Positions 12,019 to 25,884 of a stretch of DNA of 64,000 nucleotides are shown here, in pieces. The notes below the pieces were generated by a model, which was given only the letters and a program-made list of their open reading frames with translations, ran no database searches and had not been told where the DNA came from. Location of the stretch: the NCBI GenBank assembly GCA_002269645.1, contig NIVC01000936.1, forward strand, positions 157,530-221,529, written 5' to 3'. Within the stretch, counting starts at the first letter, position 1, and the number at the start of each line of letters is the position of its first letter. The stretch is from Macrostomum lignano (lineage: Eukaryota). The translations under genes and the position numbers were made by a program.

Positions 12019-12323
12019 GGGAGTTGTACGAGCTAGCCTTAGTTGTCAGAGCATCGGACTCACTACTTAATGGTCGGGGGTTCAATTCCCGACCCTTTCA
12101 GAACAATTTGTGTCCTTGAGCAAGACACCTAACTCTGCATTGCTTCAGTTCACTCGGCTGTAAAATGGGTGCCAGCATTAGTTGGGGTAATTGAGGATGT
12201 GTGTGGCGACCCCCCCCCCCAGTCCTTGGACTGAACAGCCGTACGCAGCCTTCAGATGCGCCGCGCAATAGCTGCGGCTGAGGTGTCGGTTGCACATCTG
12301 GCCATTAGGGCAGGTGTAATTTC
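12019..12323 (+). mobile_element. tRNA-derived SINE, copy 1 (degenerate head), with CORE/Meta/V-like central domain
   Basis: Near-identical body to 34071-34346 (TTTGTGTCCTTGAGCAAGACAC...CTCTGCATTGCTTCAGTTCACTCGGCTGTAAAATGGGT...); B-box-like GTTCAATTCC. Confidence 0.85.
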
Positions 12324-13014
12324 AAGATGGCGCTTCTAGTTTAAAGAAGCCTCTTTATTGATTTTAGATATGTCCATGTTGCTGCAACCACATTCATTAC
12401 TTGGAAAATAATGATTCTTGTTTCGAATTGTAATTTCATACGTATTTGACTTTTATATAGTTCTGCCGTTATTGCCCTCCATTGCTACTTGAAGTAGTGC
12501 AAATCTTCTACTATTTAATTTACTAGGTACTGCCGTTAGAAGTTTATAAACCAATAAAAATGCTTATCCTGAATAAAAATAGTCTGTTCATTGCTGCCGA
12601 CATTCTTTTGTCAGTCTGTCTCGGGCTGGGGTTCAAGGCTTTGGATTAAATGGAAGCTGAGATTGTTCGCCTCATCAAAGTATCTCCAAAGTTCTTCGTA
12701 AATAGACTGCCAAGTGAAGTTTGACTGCCAAGCAGAAGAAGAGCAGTGCAATTTAAGCAGTAAATTGTAAAAGATGCTTCAATTTAACAGTGTTGTAAAC
12801 CTGAAAATATGGAACTTCTCGAATTGGGGTAATAAAATATTTGCTAAGAGAACCGGACGTAGATGTGACAGCTGTGGCCCGTGAGGAGATCAGAGTTCAG
12901 GAAATAAAGAGGATAGAGAAACTGGGGGTAGATGAGAACTGGAGAAGGGCAGATATGATAGAAGTGAAATAATAAAAATGAGGGTGAGGGAAATTTGAAA
13001 TGAGAGCTAAAAAG

Positions 13015-13765
13015 GGTAGAGATGAGAGCAGGGGAAGTGTAGAGATGAGAGCAGGAGAAGTGTAGAGATGAGAGCAGGAGAAGTGTAGAGATGAGAGCAG
13101 GGGAAGGGTAGAGATGAGAGCAGGGGAAGGGTAGAGATGAGAGCAGGGGAAGGGTAGAGATGAGAGTCGGGGAAGGGTAGAGATGAGAGTCGGGGAAGGG
13201 TAGAGATGAAAGCCGGGGAAGGGTAGAGATGAGAGTCGGGGAAGGGTAGAGATAGGAGTTGGAAAGGGTAGAGATGAGAGCAGGGAAATGTAAAGATGAG
13301 AGCAGGAAAAGGGTAGGGATGAGAGTCGGGGAAGGGTAGAGATGAGAGTCGGGGAAGGGTAGAGATGAGAGTCGGGGAAGGGTAGAGATGAGAGCAGGGA
13401 AATGTAAAGATGAGAGCAGGGAAATGTAAAGATGAGAGCAGGAAAAGGGTAGGGATGAGAGTCGGGGAAGGGTAGAGATGAGAGTCGGGGAAGGGTAGAG
13501 ATGAGAGTCGGGGAAGGGTAGAGATGAGAGTCGGGGAAGGGTATAGATGAGAGTCGGGGAAGGGTAGGGATGAGAGTTGGGGAAGGGTAGAGATGAGAGT
13601 CAGGGAAGGGTATAGATGAGAGTCGGGGAAGGGTAGAGATGAGAGTCGGGGAAGGGTATAGATGAGAGTCGGGGAAGGGTAGAGATGAGAGTCGGGGAAG
13701 GGTAGAGATGAGAGTCAGGGAAGGGTAGGGATGAAAGCTGGGAAAGGGTAGAGATGAGAGCTGAG
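13015..13765. repeat. 23-bp purine-rich minisatellite (GAGATGAGAGTCGGGGAAGGGTA)n
   Basis: Direct reading. Confidence 0.95.
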
Positions 13766-14000
13766 TACCTTTAGGCCAATATTCACAATCTTTTCAAAAG
13801 AATCGTAAAATGCAAGACGAAAATGAACTTTAAAATCTGCAGCTTCCGGTACGGAAGCGGCGCGTATTTTTAGATTTTTATTACCTGAGTAGCATGCACG
13901 GATATAGTAAGAGTTGTAATTCAAGTCCCATTTAGGTGGTTTATTTACTGATACAATCAACATCGAATACGGACTCGACAGGAATTAAGGGGGTTGAGCA

Positions 14001-16964
14001 TTAGTCGGAGTAGCAGTGCGGGAACTGCTGTCGGAACTCGTTCATGGCCACGTCACCGAATTTGTACAGCTTCTTGCAGGGCGTGCCCACGCTCTCAAAG
14101 ATGCCGTTGTACTTCTGGCGGCTGCTCCTGCGGCGGGTTTGAGAGAGGAGTGTGACTAGAGAGTTTCATTAGAGAGGTTATGATTAGACAGGGTGATTTA
14201 ACAGGGTGATTAGAGAGGTCTGATTAGACAGGGTGATTAGAGGGGCCTGATTAGACAGGGTAATTGTAGAGGCCTGATTAGACAGGGTGATTAGACAGGG
14301 TGATTAGAGAGGCCTGATTAGACAGGGTGATTAGAGAGGCCTGATTTGACAGGGTGATTAGAGAGATCTGATTAGACAGGGTGATTAAAGAGGTCTGATT
14401 AGACAGGGTGATTAGACAGGTCTGATTAGACAGGGTGATTAGAGAGGCCTGATTAGACAGGGTGATTAGAGAGGCCTGATTAGACAGGGTGATTGTAGAG
14501 GCCTGATTAGACAGGGTGATTAGAGAGGTCTGATTAGACAGGGTGATTAGAGAGGCCTGATTAGACAGGGTGATTAGACAGGGTGATTAGAGAGGCCTGA
14601 TTAGACAGGGTGATTAGAGAGGCCTGATTAGACAGGGTGATTAGAGAGGCCTGATTAGACAGGGTGATTAGAAAGGCCTGATTAGACAGGGTGATTGTAG
14701 AGGCCTGATTAGACAGGGTGATTAGACAGGGTGATTGTAGAGGCCTGATTAGACAGGGTGATTAGACAGGGTGATTAGACAGGGTGATTAGACAGGGTGA
14801 TTAGACAGGGTGATTAGACAGGGTGATTAGACAGGGTGATTAGACAGGGTGATTAGACAGGGTGATTAGACAGGGTGATTAGACAGGGTGATTAGACAGG
14901 GTGATTAGACAGGGTGATTAGACAGGGTGATTAGACAGGGTGATTAGACAGGGTGATTAGACAGGGTGATTAGACAGGGTGATTAGACAGGGTGATTAGA
15001 CAGGGTGATTAGACAGGGTGATTAGACAGGGTGATTAGACAGGGTGATTAGACAGGGTGATTAGACAGGGTGATTAGACAGGGTGATTAGACAGGGTCAT
15101 TAGACAGGGTGATTAGACAGGACTGCTACCAGAAGAATTGCTATAAATAGCAATACATTTTTAAGCTACTATTTATAGATCCAAGGGTTTAAAAGTGCAA
15201 GCCAGGCTGACCTGATGGCTCGGGTCAGCGTACTGAACTCCGCGCTGGTGTTGCTCTTGAACTTGCACCAGATCAGAGCCAGCATCTGGGTATTCAGCAC
15301 CAGGAAATAGTTCGATGGCCGATCTGTCGGCTTCCTGCGCTGGTCGCAAAACACGGCCACCTGGCCAAGGGCCGACTGCTCATCAGGAGATTCAAAAGTT
15401 GGCGCCGAGGAGTTGAGAACGCTGTGCAGAATGACGCCCAGGAATGTGTGAATTCGGCGACCGTGACCTTCTGTTGAATGAGTGAACGGTTGTTGCGAAA
15501 TCTATGGAATTCTATCAAACTAATCTAGAGACCTTTTTGGAACTGATCTAGAGATAATCTAGAAACTAATCTAGATACAATCTAGAAACTGATCTAGAGA
15601 CAATGTAGAAACTAATCTAGAGACAATCTAGAAACTAATCTAGAGACAATCTAGAAACTAATCTAGAGACAATCTAGAAACTAATCTAGAGACAATCTAG
15701 AAACTGATCTAGAGGCAATCTAGAAACTGATCTAGAGACAATCTAGAAACTAATCTAGAGACAATCTAGAAACTAATCTAGGGACAATCTAGAATCTGAT
15801 CTAGAGACAATCTAGAAACTAATCTAGAGACAATCTAGAAACTGATCTAGAGACAATCTAGAAACTGATCTAGAGACAATCTAGAAACTGATCTAGAGAC
15901 AATCTAGAAACTAATCTAGAGACAATCTAGAAACTAATCTAGAGACAATCTAGAAACTGATCTAGAGATAATCTAGAAACTAATCTAGATACAATCTAGA
16001 AACTAATCTAGAGACAATCTAGAAACTAATCTAGAGACAATCTAGAAACTAATCTAGAGACAATCTAGAAACTAATCTAGAGACAATCTAGAAACTGATC
16101 TAGAGATAATCTAGAAACTAATCTAGATACAATCCTTAAACTAATCTAGAGACAATCTAGAAACTAATCTAGAGACAATCTAGAAACTGATCTAGAGGCA
16201 ATCTAGAAACTAATCTAGAGACAATCTAGAAACTATTCTAGAGACAATCTAGAAACTAATCTAGAGACAATCTAGAAACTATTCTAGAGACAATCTAGAA
16301 ACTAATCTAGAGACAATCTAGAAACTATTCTAGAGACAATCTAGAAACTAATCTAGAGACAATCTAGAAACTAATCTAGAGACAATCTAAAGATCAGAGT
16401 GTAAACATCAGCTAGACCTTTACGGTCATTAGAAGAATGTCTAGAGCAGATCTAAAGAGCCCGTAGCATCCAAACTCGCTCACCCATTCTCCGTCGAATG
16501 ATGTCTGCAGCCTTGGCGGCCTTCTCGTGCATCAGCGGGTCCAGTCCTGAGCCGCCGAAGCCGCCGCCGCCGCCCTGCACACTTGAAGAAGCAGCCGTGG
16601 CTGAAACACAGCTTACCGCCTGCGGCGGCACGTAGGGTGGCAACAGTCGCAGCGTTAAAATCTGCGGCGGAGAACGGCTGCGGCTGCGGCTGCGGCTGCG
16701 ACTTCGGCTATGACTTCTGCTGCGGCTTCTGCTGCGGCTTGTCCGCTTCATCGAATAGTCAATCGGCTTCTCATCTGAGTCAGTCGGCGGGGACAGCTGA
16801 TGAAGGCTGCTGGGCGGCTTTGACAGGGCGGGACAGGGCTGCAGCGGCGGAGGCGGCAGCGGCTGCTGCTGTTTGATGCCATCAAGATTTCGCCGGTGCG
16901 TCAGCTGCAGCGACACCTCCTGCGGTCCGCGGTGATCGGTAAACAACGCGGGCAGCTCTTGCAT
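14001..16964 (-). CDS. Three-exon protein (~288 aa) with Pro-rich and RS-repeat N-terminal half, PIDYS motif and a helical C-terminal domain (possibly BEN-like)
   Basis: Exons 16964-16484, 15470-15212, 14127-14001; GT-AG introns with matching phases (1, 2) give a continuous frame ending ...QFPHCYSD*; AATAAA on minus near 13940. The start codon and domain identity are uncertain. Confidence 0.7.
14170..15120. repeat. 13-bp minisatellite (TGATTAGACAGGG)n with 14-bp variant, filling an intron
   Basis: Direct reading; the right half is a homogeneous 13-mer. Confidence 0.96.
15520..16390. repeat. 23-bp minisatellite (TCTAGAGACAATCTAGAAACTAA)n filling an intron
   Basis: Direct reading; two TCTAGA palindromes per unit. 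Confidence 0.96.
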
Positions 16965-17560
16965 CCTTGTCAGGCTCTGGCTTGAGGCTTTTCACCTGTG
17001 ACCGTGTGTGTGTGTCGGTATGTGTGCGTGTTGGGTTGCGTGCTTGAGTGCCCGCCTGTGACGCTGAAGCTTCGTTTATTAAATAAAACACGGTCAGAGC
17101 CCAGGTGACCCAGCTGCCCCCACCCTGCCCGCCCAGCTCTGCAATTCTCTCTCTGCATCGAAAAGGAAGGAAAGAAGAACTGCTGCTGCTGCTGTTGTTG
17201 CTGCTGCTGCTGTCGCTAATGCAGTGTAATGAAAAGAGCAGAAGTTTTTGGTCTGATAAGAGAACTTCATCGCGTTCAGAGTTGAATAGGAGGGACGGCC
17301 GAGTGTACATTTAAGGGAGTCACAAGTGGCAGCCCTCCTGTGTGCAGCTGCTGCGTGTGACATAAACAATAGGGGGGCAGGGGTGGCTGCGGCTGCAGAG
17401 GCTTCAAAGCTGAGCGAAGGCTGTACGCAGGCTGGCGGGGCGGCGTCTCGGAACTGCCGAGAGACTTAAGCCCGAGCGCGAGTGCCAGTCATCGGTATGG
17501 GTGAGGGGGCTGCCGCAGAGTGCAGCGATGACACAGGCTAACTCGAATTCATGTCTCTCC

Positions 17561-18000
<440 letters not shown>

Positions 18001-19837
18001 AGAGGGCCATGCTAACTGCTCTGAGGTCTCTGCGGTTGAGCCTGAGGAGGGCTCTACGCAGGAGAGGAGAGGGGCAGAGGACGGCAGCACGGGATTGCCT
18101 ACAATTCCGGGTGTCGTGCCACCTGCAGAGATGCTCGGAGTCAGTCCAGCGGTTAACGCGGGAGTTGATCACCGAGGCGGGATGGGGGCTCCCGGCCCCA
18201 GCAGCACGCCGGCGGAGCCAGCCTTGGCCAGCAGGTCAGCGTGCTCGTTGCCGAGGAAACCAGCGTGGCCCGGGATCCATCTGAGCTCCACCTGGTTGCC
18301 TAGCGCAAGCCCGTCGAGCTGGGTATTGCAGTCCAGGACGGACCTGGGGCTGGCGGTGCTGCGGCAGAGGGCCCGAAGGGCTGCTTGGCTGTCAGAGGGA
18401 AAAATAAATTTCCGACCGCCAAGCTGCCTTCGGCGCAGCTCTGCCGCGCAGGAGCTGATGGCAAGCACCTCGCTCTGAAAAACACTGGAGTTGAGCCCAG
18501 TGTGCTGGGAGTAGCTTCACACCACTTCTCCCTTGAAGAAGACGCAAGCTCTGAAGCCTGAAAGACCATGCCTCATAGAGCCGTCAGTGCAACAGTGGAC
18601 TTCAGAATCGCTCCAGCTGTCACTCGCCTCGTGTCGAGGCTGAATAGTGACCTTATACCTTTGGCTCAGGAGAAGGGTGGCTGGGATCGAGTCCGTGAGG
18701 ATGTTGAGCCCGCCACACTCCTCGAGAGCCTTGAGGCAGAGGTCAGAGTGCGGGATAAGCGACCGCTTCTTAAAGGCCCGCACTTTTTTGAAGGCCACCC
18801 CAGCATCCAGAAGACGCCGGGTGCTCTTCGCCGCCTCTCCTTTAATATAAATATCCAGAGGAGGGGCACAGAGGAAGGCATTCATGCCTTCAAAAGGAGT
18901 AGGGGGTGGAGCGCCCATAGTCATGCGGCAGGCTCTGCCCTGGATTTTGTAGAGGGCGTCGAGGTTGCTCTTGGCGCTCAGGCCGCTGGCCCACTCGAGG
19001 ATGGCGTAACTGATCGAGGGGCGGATGATGGCAGTGTAAATCCACCACAGCTTCCTGGGGGTGAGCCCCCAGGTGGTGCCCACGGCGCGCCTGATCTGGG
19101 CCAGGACAACCAGGGCTTTTTTGGCTTTAGTTTGAATGTGCGGAGTCCAGTTAAGCCTGTGGTCCAGAGTGAGGCCCAGGCAGCGGACCTGCTTCTCCAT
19201 GGAAATATTCTTTCCATAGAGGGTGAGTGGCTTAATGGTCCAGAGCAGTTTGTTGGTAAACATGACTGCTGTGGTTTTCGACTCTGAGAGTCTAATGCCA
19301 CATTGGTTTGCCCAACGCTCCGCTCGTCCCAGAAAGCCCTGCAGAAGGTCTCTGATGGTATCAACCGAGGGGCCCGCGAATATCGCGGTCACATCATCGG
19401 CATAGCCCACCTTGAGAATGGGGTCGTGGAGATCACTGCAAAGCAACTCATCCATGACCATGTTCCAGAGAATGGGGGTGAGAACTCCGCCCTGGGGGCC
19501 CCCTTTCAGGACAGGCACCGAAAGAGAGCTGCCGTTCAGGTGGGCCACAACAGTGCGGTTCCGGATCATGAACATGATCCACCGGACAAGGTGAGGGTGC
19601 GTGGCCCTGGATTCCAGGGCTCTGCAAAAGGCCTCGAAGATGAAGTTGTCGAAGGCCCCCTCAATGTCCAGGAAAAGCGAGAGGGCAAAGCCGATGCCAA
19701 GAACGGCCCTCTCCAGGAAGTCAACAATGACATGGAGGGCACTCTCGGTAGACCTGCCTGCGCGGAAGGCGTGCTGGTTCTGCGAGAGTGGGAAGCGCTT
19801 CAGCTCGACTGAAAGCAGGCGCCAAAGCACCAGTCTC
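18001..19837 (-). pseudogene. ORF2 3' part: reverse transcriptase core, connection and RNase H
   Basis: Track ORFs 18517-20055 and 18169-18468 are in the same frame, separated by a single TGA; a further frameshift near 18175 continues ...LLRLNRRDLRAVSMAL, then (TAGA)n. Confidence 0.9.
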
Positions 19838-20459
19838 ATGCTCTGCAACCGCGGCAGCACTCCTACCTTTAATAATGGCGGATGGACCGAGGTCCTCGAC
19901 GCCACACTCGTTACCCCAAGACTCTTTGACAGAGTTGAGGAGTGGAGAGTCTGGTCTGAGGAGCCCTCCCTGTCTGACCACTGCTTTATCGCCTTTAACA
20001 TCGCGGACACTAAAACCCAGTCTCCGATCACTTGGAGGCGCAATATCCGCAACACTGATTGGGCGGCCTACAAGGCTGCCCTTGATCTGCACCTGCAGGA
20101 ACTCACGGACTTACGTCCGATTGAGACCTGCGAGGATGTGGATCATATGGCTGAGACGCTGACAGGTTGCATTATTGCAGCCTACGTAGCGGCTTGTCCT
20201 GCTCGCGCCTACAAAGGCAAGACCTCGGCGCCGTGGTGGAACCCGGAGCTGGGGAAACTCAGGCGGAAGGCCAAAAGCCTTTATCGCCGTGCCATGAAGA
20301 CTGGAAACCCGGAGGACATGGAGCTTTTCCGGCAAGCCTCCCGCAATTTCAAATCTGAAGTGCGCAAGGCCAAGGAATGTAAGTGGCGCCAATTCTGCAA
20401 TGAATTGGATCAAGACAGACCTACTTCCAGGCTTTTCAAGGCCTTCAGCTTCAGCTTCA
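19838..20459 (+). mobile_element. Inverted ~620-bp segment (APE C-terminus + linker) from a different, related LINE family
   Basis: + strand reads CNRGSTPTFNNGGWTEVLD...SLSDHCFI...RNTDWAAY...APWWNPEL..., about half identical in amino acids to the host's own region at 21600-20980. Confidence 0.88.
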
Positions 20460-22087
20460 GAGAGTGGGAAGCGCTTCAGCTCGACTGAAAGTAGGCGCCA
20501 GAGCACCAGTCTCTCGAGGAGCTTGAGGCAGAAAGAAGTGAGGCTGATAGGCCTGAAGGCCTTCACCGATTGGTAGTCGCTCTTTCCAGGCTTGGGGATA
20601 AAGACCACCCGGGCCTCTCTCCATGCAACTGGTACATAGCCCAGCTCCATACAAGCTCGAAGGAGACGACAGAGCAGGTCCAGGAAGCGGTGGTTTTTCA
20701 CCGCCTCGTGCAAGAACGCTGGGTAGATGCCGTCGGGCCCAGGCGCCTTGAACGGGTTAAAGGACCTTGCCGCTCTAATAATGCGGTCTTTGGTGATCAT
20801 AGACTTTGCTAGGCCTTGCCCTCCCACTGTGTGGTCTGGCGGGCCCTGCTGAGTCGGAGATTTAGGGAAAAAACTGTTGAGCATGAGCTCTAGAGTCTCT
20901 TCCGAACTCTCTGTGACCGAGCCGTCAGGTCTCTTCACAACAGAGAGTTTAGAAAAACGGTCATTAGTGAGTGCCTTAACCACGCGGGCTACGGGGCGAG
21001 AGCCCTCAAGCCCTTCGCAATATTGGCGCCACTTGGCCGTCTTGGCCCTTCTGACTTGGCCCTTAAGCTCGTGGATTGCACGGGTATAGGCCTCTCTATC
21101 AGATGGGTCTTTGGTTTTGAGCGCTCGCCTTTGGAGGGTCCTGGCTCGGCGCCGAAGGGCCCCGAGCTCTGGGTTCCACCAGGGAGCAGATTTCTTGCCT
21201 TTGTAGGCCTTTAGGGGGCAGGCTGCTTCAAAGGCAGTGGTGATCGCCCCGCCCAGGGAGGAGGCGAGATAATCCACCACCTGGCAGTCAGAGAGGTCAC
21301 TGGGGGGGGTCAAGATCCCGAAGGCCGCGGCTCAGCTTCGAGCCAAAGGCGGCCCAATCGGTGTTCCTGACGTTCCGACTCCAAGTGACCTTAGGCTTTT
21401 GCTTGGTCGGCCCAATGCAAAAGCGGATAAAGCGGTGGTCCGAGAGCGAGTCCTCGTCCCACACTCGCCAGCCCGTAACTGCGGAAAGCAGTCCGGGTGA
21501 GGCGATGGTGGTGTCGATGACTTCGGCCCACCGCCCATTATTGAACGTTGGTGCATTGCCCACGTTACAGAAATTGAGGTTTGTGCTGCTGACGTAGGCC
21601 AGCAGCTCCTCGCCTCTGTTGTGTTATTGGTGTTCTTGCTGCCCCAATGCAGGTGGTGTGCGTTCACATCCCCTGCGATGAGCAGCTCGAACCGACGGGA
21701 CGCGGCGTAGTCAATGAGGTTGACTAGTGCCTCGCAGACTACTGGGGCATCGCCTGGGAAATAGGCAGATGCTACCAGCACAGGTTTATTTGGAATGAGG
21801 TTATTGATTTGAACAACACAGATGTCCCCAGTCGAGAGATCAGGTCTCATCCATGCCTCAAAAGCTTTTGCAGCAAAGACCAGAGATCTTGGGCGAGGCT
21901 GAGAGTCCGCCATGCAAAAACAGTGGTAGCCAGATGGCACATTATTTGGCTTACCTTTAGTCATCCAGGGCTCCTGCACGAAGACCAGGCCCGGAAGCTG
22001 TTGCTCTGTCGTGCGCATCAGATTGACTGACGCCGCCACGCAGTGCTGGGTGTTGATCTGCAGATACCAGGTAGCCGCTGGCATCAT
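20460..22087 (-). pseudogene. ORF2 5' part: apurinic endonuclease, linker and RT N-terminus (two frameshifts near 21625 and 21300)
   Basis: Track ORFs 21332-22087, 21297-21563 and 20111-21313 join into APE...APWWN...KAPGPDGI...FRPISLTSFCLKLLERLV. Confidence 0.88.
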
Positions 22088-23597
22088 TGCAGATCGCGTG
22101 TTGCAGTCGCCAGGAGTTCCTCCTCCTCCTCGGCGCTCACCAGCTTCGGGTCGGGGTCGCCGGTGTCCATGGGCTCCTCTTCAGCAAAAGGCCCCCGATT
22201 GGCTGGAAGGCAGTAGGCAGCGTTCGCCGCCCTTCGCCCACCGGCCACGGGGTCCTCCGCTTCAGACTGGCCCAATGCCCTGGAGCAGCCAGCCGCCTGG
22301 GCAGGCGGGTCCGTCTCCAGTCGGCCCTGCCCCGAGGGGTTGGGCCCAGCTGGGACATCCCCACCCTCCCTGGACGAACTGGTGCGCATAGGCGTCCCGG
22401 CGACCTCTCTCCTCAGCTGGGTGATTTTAGCGGTGCGGACCGCCTCAGCTGCGCGCTGGTACAGGCCGCGCCGCTTGGTGCTGCGCGCCGGGCGTCGGTC
22501 GCCTCCGCCCTCAGCAGCGCGTTCGGCTTTACCCGCGCGGCCGTGCTGCCGGGCGGGGCGGTTTGCTTTGGCAGCCTGAGCAGAAGCTCGCGCCTCGGCC
22601 CCGGCTGCCTCGGCATTCCGCCCGCCCTGCTCACTGCCACGGGGAGGGTCGGCCTCGTAGGAGCGGATGCGCAGCTTCCAAAGGCCGACGTTGATGAAGC
22701 TGCCGTGTGGATAGCGCCTCATCCAGGCGTCCGATAGCCCCAGGATGGCTGTGAAGCCAGTACCGTCGGTGCGCTTAAGGGTGTCATGCACCACTAGGCC
22801 CGCGGCGGGAAGCTCTCGGTTGACTGCAAGCAGTCCTCTCCGGAGCTCGTCAGCAGAGGTAACGACGCTCCTGGCCGGAACCCAGATTCGATGCCTCGTG
22901 GTCCGGGGGCGCTCGTCCTCTCTGCAGAAGGCTAGATTGAGGTCCCAGCTCTGCTCGGGCAGCAGCTCAAGGAGCCGCCGACCCGAGTCAGCATCACTGG
23001 GCCAAATGAGAAGGCACGAGTCCCTCGTCGCATTCGAATGAATGTTCAGAGGCGTGCCCTTCAGTTTGCTTCCACAGGAGGCCATCAACGGCACCTCTCA
23101 CCTGCTTCAGCTGGTCGGGAGACAGGCGCGCGTCCTTCCCCAGAATGACAACCACCGGTTGCCTCTTTGCCGCATCAGCGTAGGAGGCCCAGGGGTCGGT
23201 GGAGCCTTCTTCAGGTGGGCTGTCCACCGGCTGCATCGGCCTCCCTATCCTGGGCAGGGGCTTCAGTGGGCTCGAGGCCCTCTTCCGCCACCGCCCCAGA
23301 TTGGGAAGCTTCCGCTGCCGCGGGCCGTTGGCCCCTGGCACCGGTTTGGCTTCCGCCCTCCCTGGCCCGCCTCGCCTTGTTAAGTCGACGGCGGGCAGCT
23401 CCAGAGGTGGTGCTCAGCTGCTTGGCAGCTGGAGTAGCAGGTGTCTTCTCGGAGGCACCGCTCAGAGTTTGCTCCACGGGTCTCGCTGAGGCGTCCCCGA
23501 TGGTAGCAAGTGGTATGGCCGCGGAGTCCACGGCCCCAGCCGAGGCCGGAGGCACTGTGTCATCCACAGCCGGTTGGTTACTTCGGTTAGAAGCCAT
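22084..23597 (-). pseudogene. Retrotransposon ORF1 (gag-like, DUF4780-like), frameshifted
   Basis: Reconstructed from track ORFs 23211-23717, 22994-23341 and 22084-23094; ATG at 23597 (MASNRS...); stop overlaps the ORF2 start as ATGA. Confidence 0.75.
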
Positions 23598-24072
23598 TGG
23601 CTGGAAGTAAAAAGGTGGGACTTCCTGCAGAACACAGGCAAAGAGCCGCAAGGCCGCAACCCCAAACCAAGCGGCAGGCCCCCAAAGAGCAAAATACCAC
23701 CCTGCGGGGGGACCCAAAAGCGCAAGGGGAACCGTTAGCGACCAGACTACTCCCTGGCCAAGCGTCCATCAGCACGGAGTTACACTGGGACATTAGAGGG
23801 TGCGTTTATATGGTCACACCAGGACCCGGCACCAACGAATCAGCTCGGCAAGGCCCAAGAGCCTGCCTTAACACCCACGGGACGAGTACCCTTCGAAGTG
23901 CGCCTTGCAAGATGAAAATCAGGAGACAGAGTCTCTTGAGCTATCAGCCCGCCAGGGGAGGCAGGTGTGAGCATCGCTGGCTGGGATAAGGGCCATACCA
24001 GTCTCATACTGCACAGATAGTTCACCACGCCATTGCGTGCAGGACCCGGGGTCCTGGGGGCAACAGCCCCGG

Positions 24073-25316
<1,244 letters not shown>

Positions 25317-25884
25317 ATCTCTAGTATCTATCAGTTCGATTCCTATCATATTACTTTTAGTAAAGGGCTTGGAAAATTTAACTGCCTTTATTTGTTAGTG
25401 AAGTATTGCAAAATTGCAGTGTTGTTCAGCTCAATGAAATATCGGAAGTCGAAGAAGAAACACAATTTCTGCTTCTAGAAGAAGCACAGCAAGTAAGAGA
25501 GACTCGAGCTTTCTATTTCTCACTGTTTTCCACTTTCCTCACTCGCTGTCTCCGTCTCTCTGTGCCGGTGATTTATGACCCCGGCTGGGCCGTCCCTGAT
25601 TTATCTCCTCCGAGTGCTACAGGGCAGCTGTTTCGAACATGTGTTTCAACCCCCCCCCCCCTGCTGTAAGAAGTGAGTCAGGCCCTGAGCAGATAACGCG
25701 CTTTCATGATGGGATTTGCCAGCCAGCCAGCCAGACCAGCCTCCCTTGGGAGTTTGACTCCCCCTTCACTGCTACAAGACGATAGAGTTTCTGACTGTCT
25801 TGGCGACTTGGAGATTACATTATCAGTTTTTTTAATTCGACTTTTACTTTGTAGGTGAATGATTCGTTTTAGAGTGAGTGAAGC

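Larger units (their letters stand above)
18001..24072 (-). mobile_element. LOA-like non-LTR retrotransposon (ORF1 + APE-RT-RNase H ORF2), inactivated, 3'-truncated, with internal inverted insertion
   Basis: ORF1 motifs SGAARRRL, SYADAAK and DUF4780-like WVP..L..GL..VN..LP; APE motifs LQIN, QEPW, SAYFP, GDVNAHH, SDH; RT motifs AFRPISL, GGPQGGVL, YADD (19404-19393); RNase H motifs TDGS, SDSQAAL, WIPGH..GNEHAD. Several frameshifts and an in-frame TGA at 18519-18517. Confidence 0.92.

Noticed and set aside
23920-23990. Canonical HDV ribozyme call in the retrotransposon 5' UTR
   Set aside because: P3/L3 and P4-like parts are visible, but P1, P1.1 and P2 could not be closed without mismatches; kept only as a hypothesis.
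25620-25690. Tiny CAGGGC...GCCCTG TIR element
   Set aside because: Only a 6-bp inverted match, no TSD and no second copy in the window.
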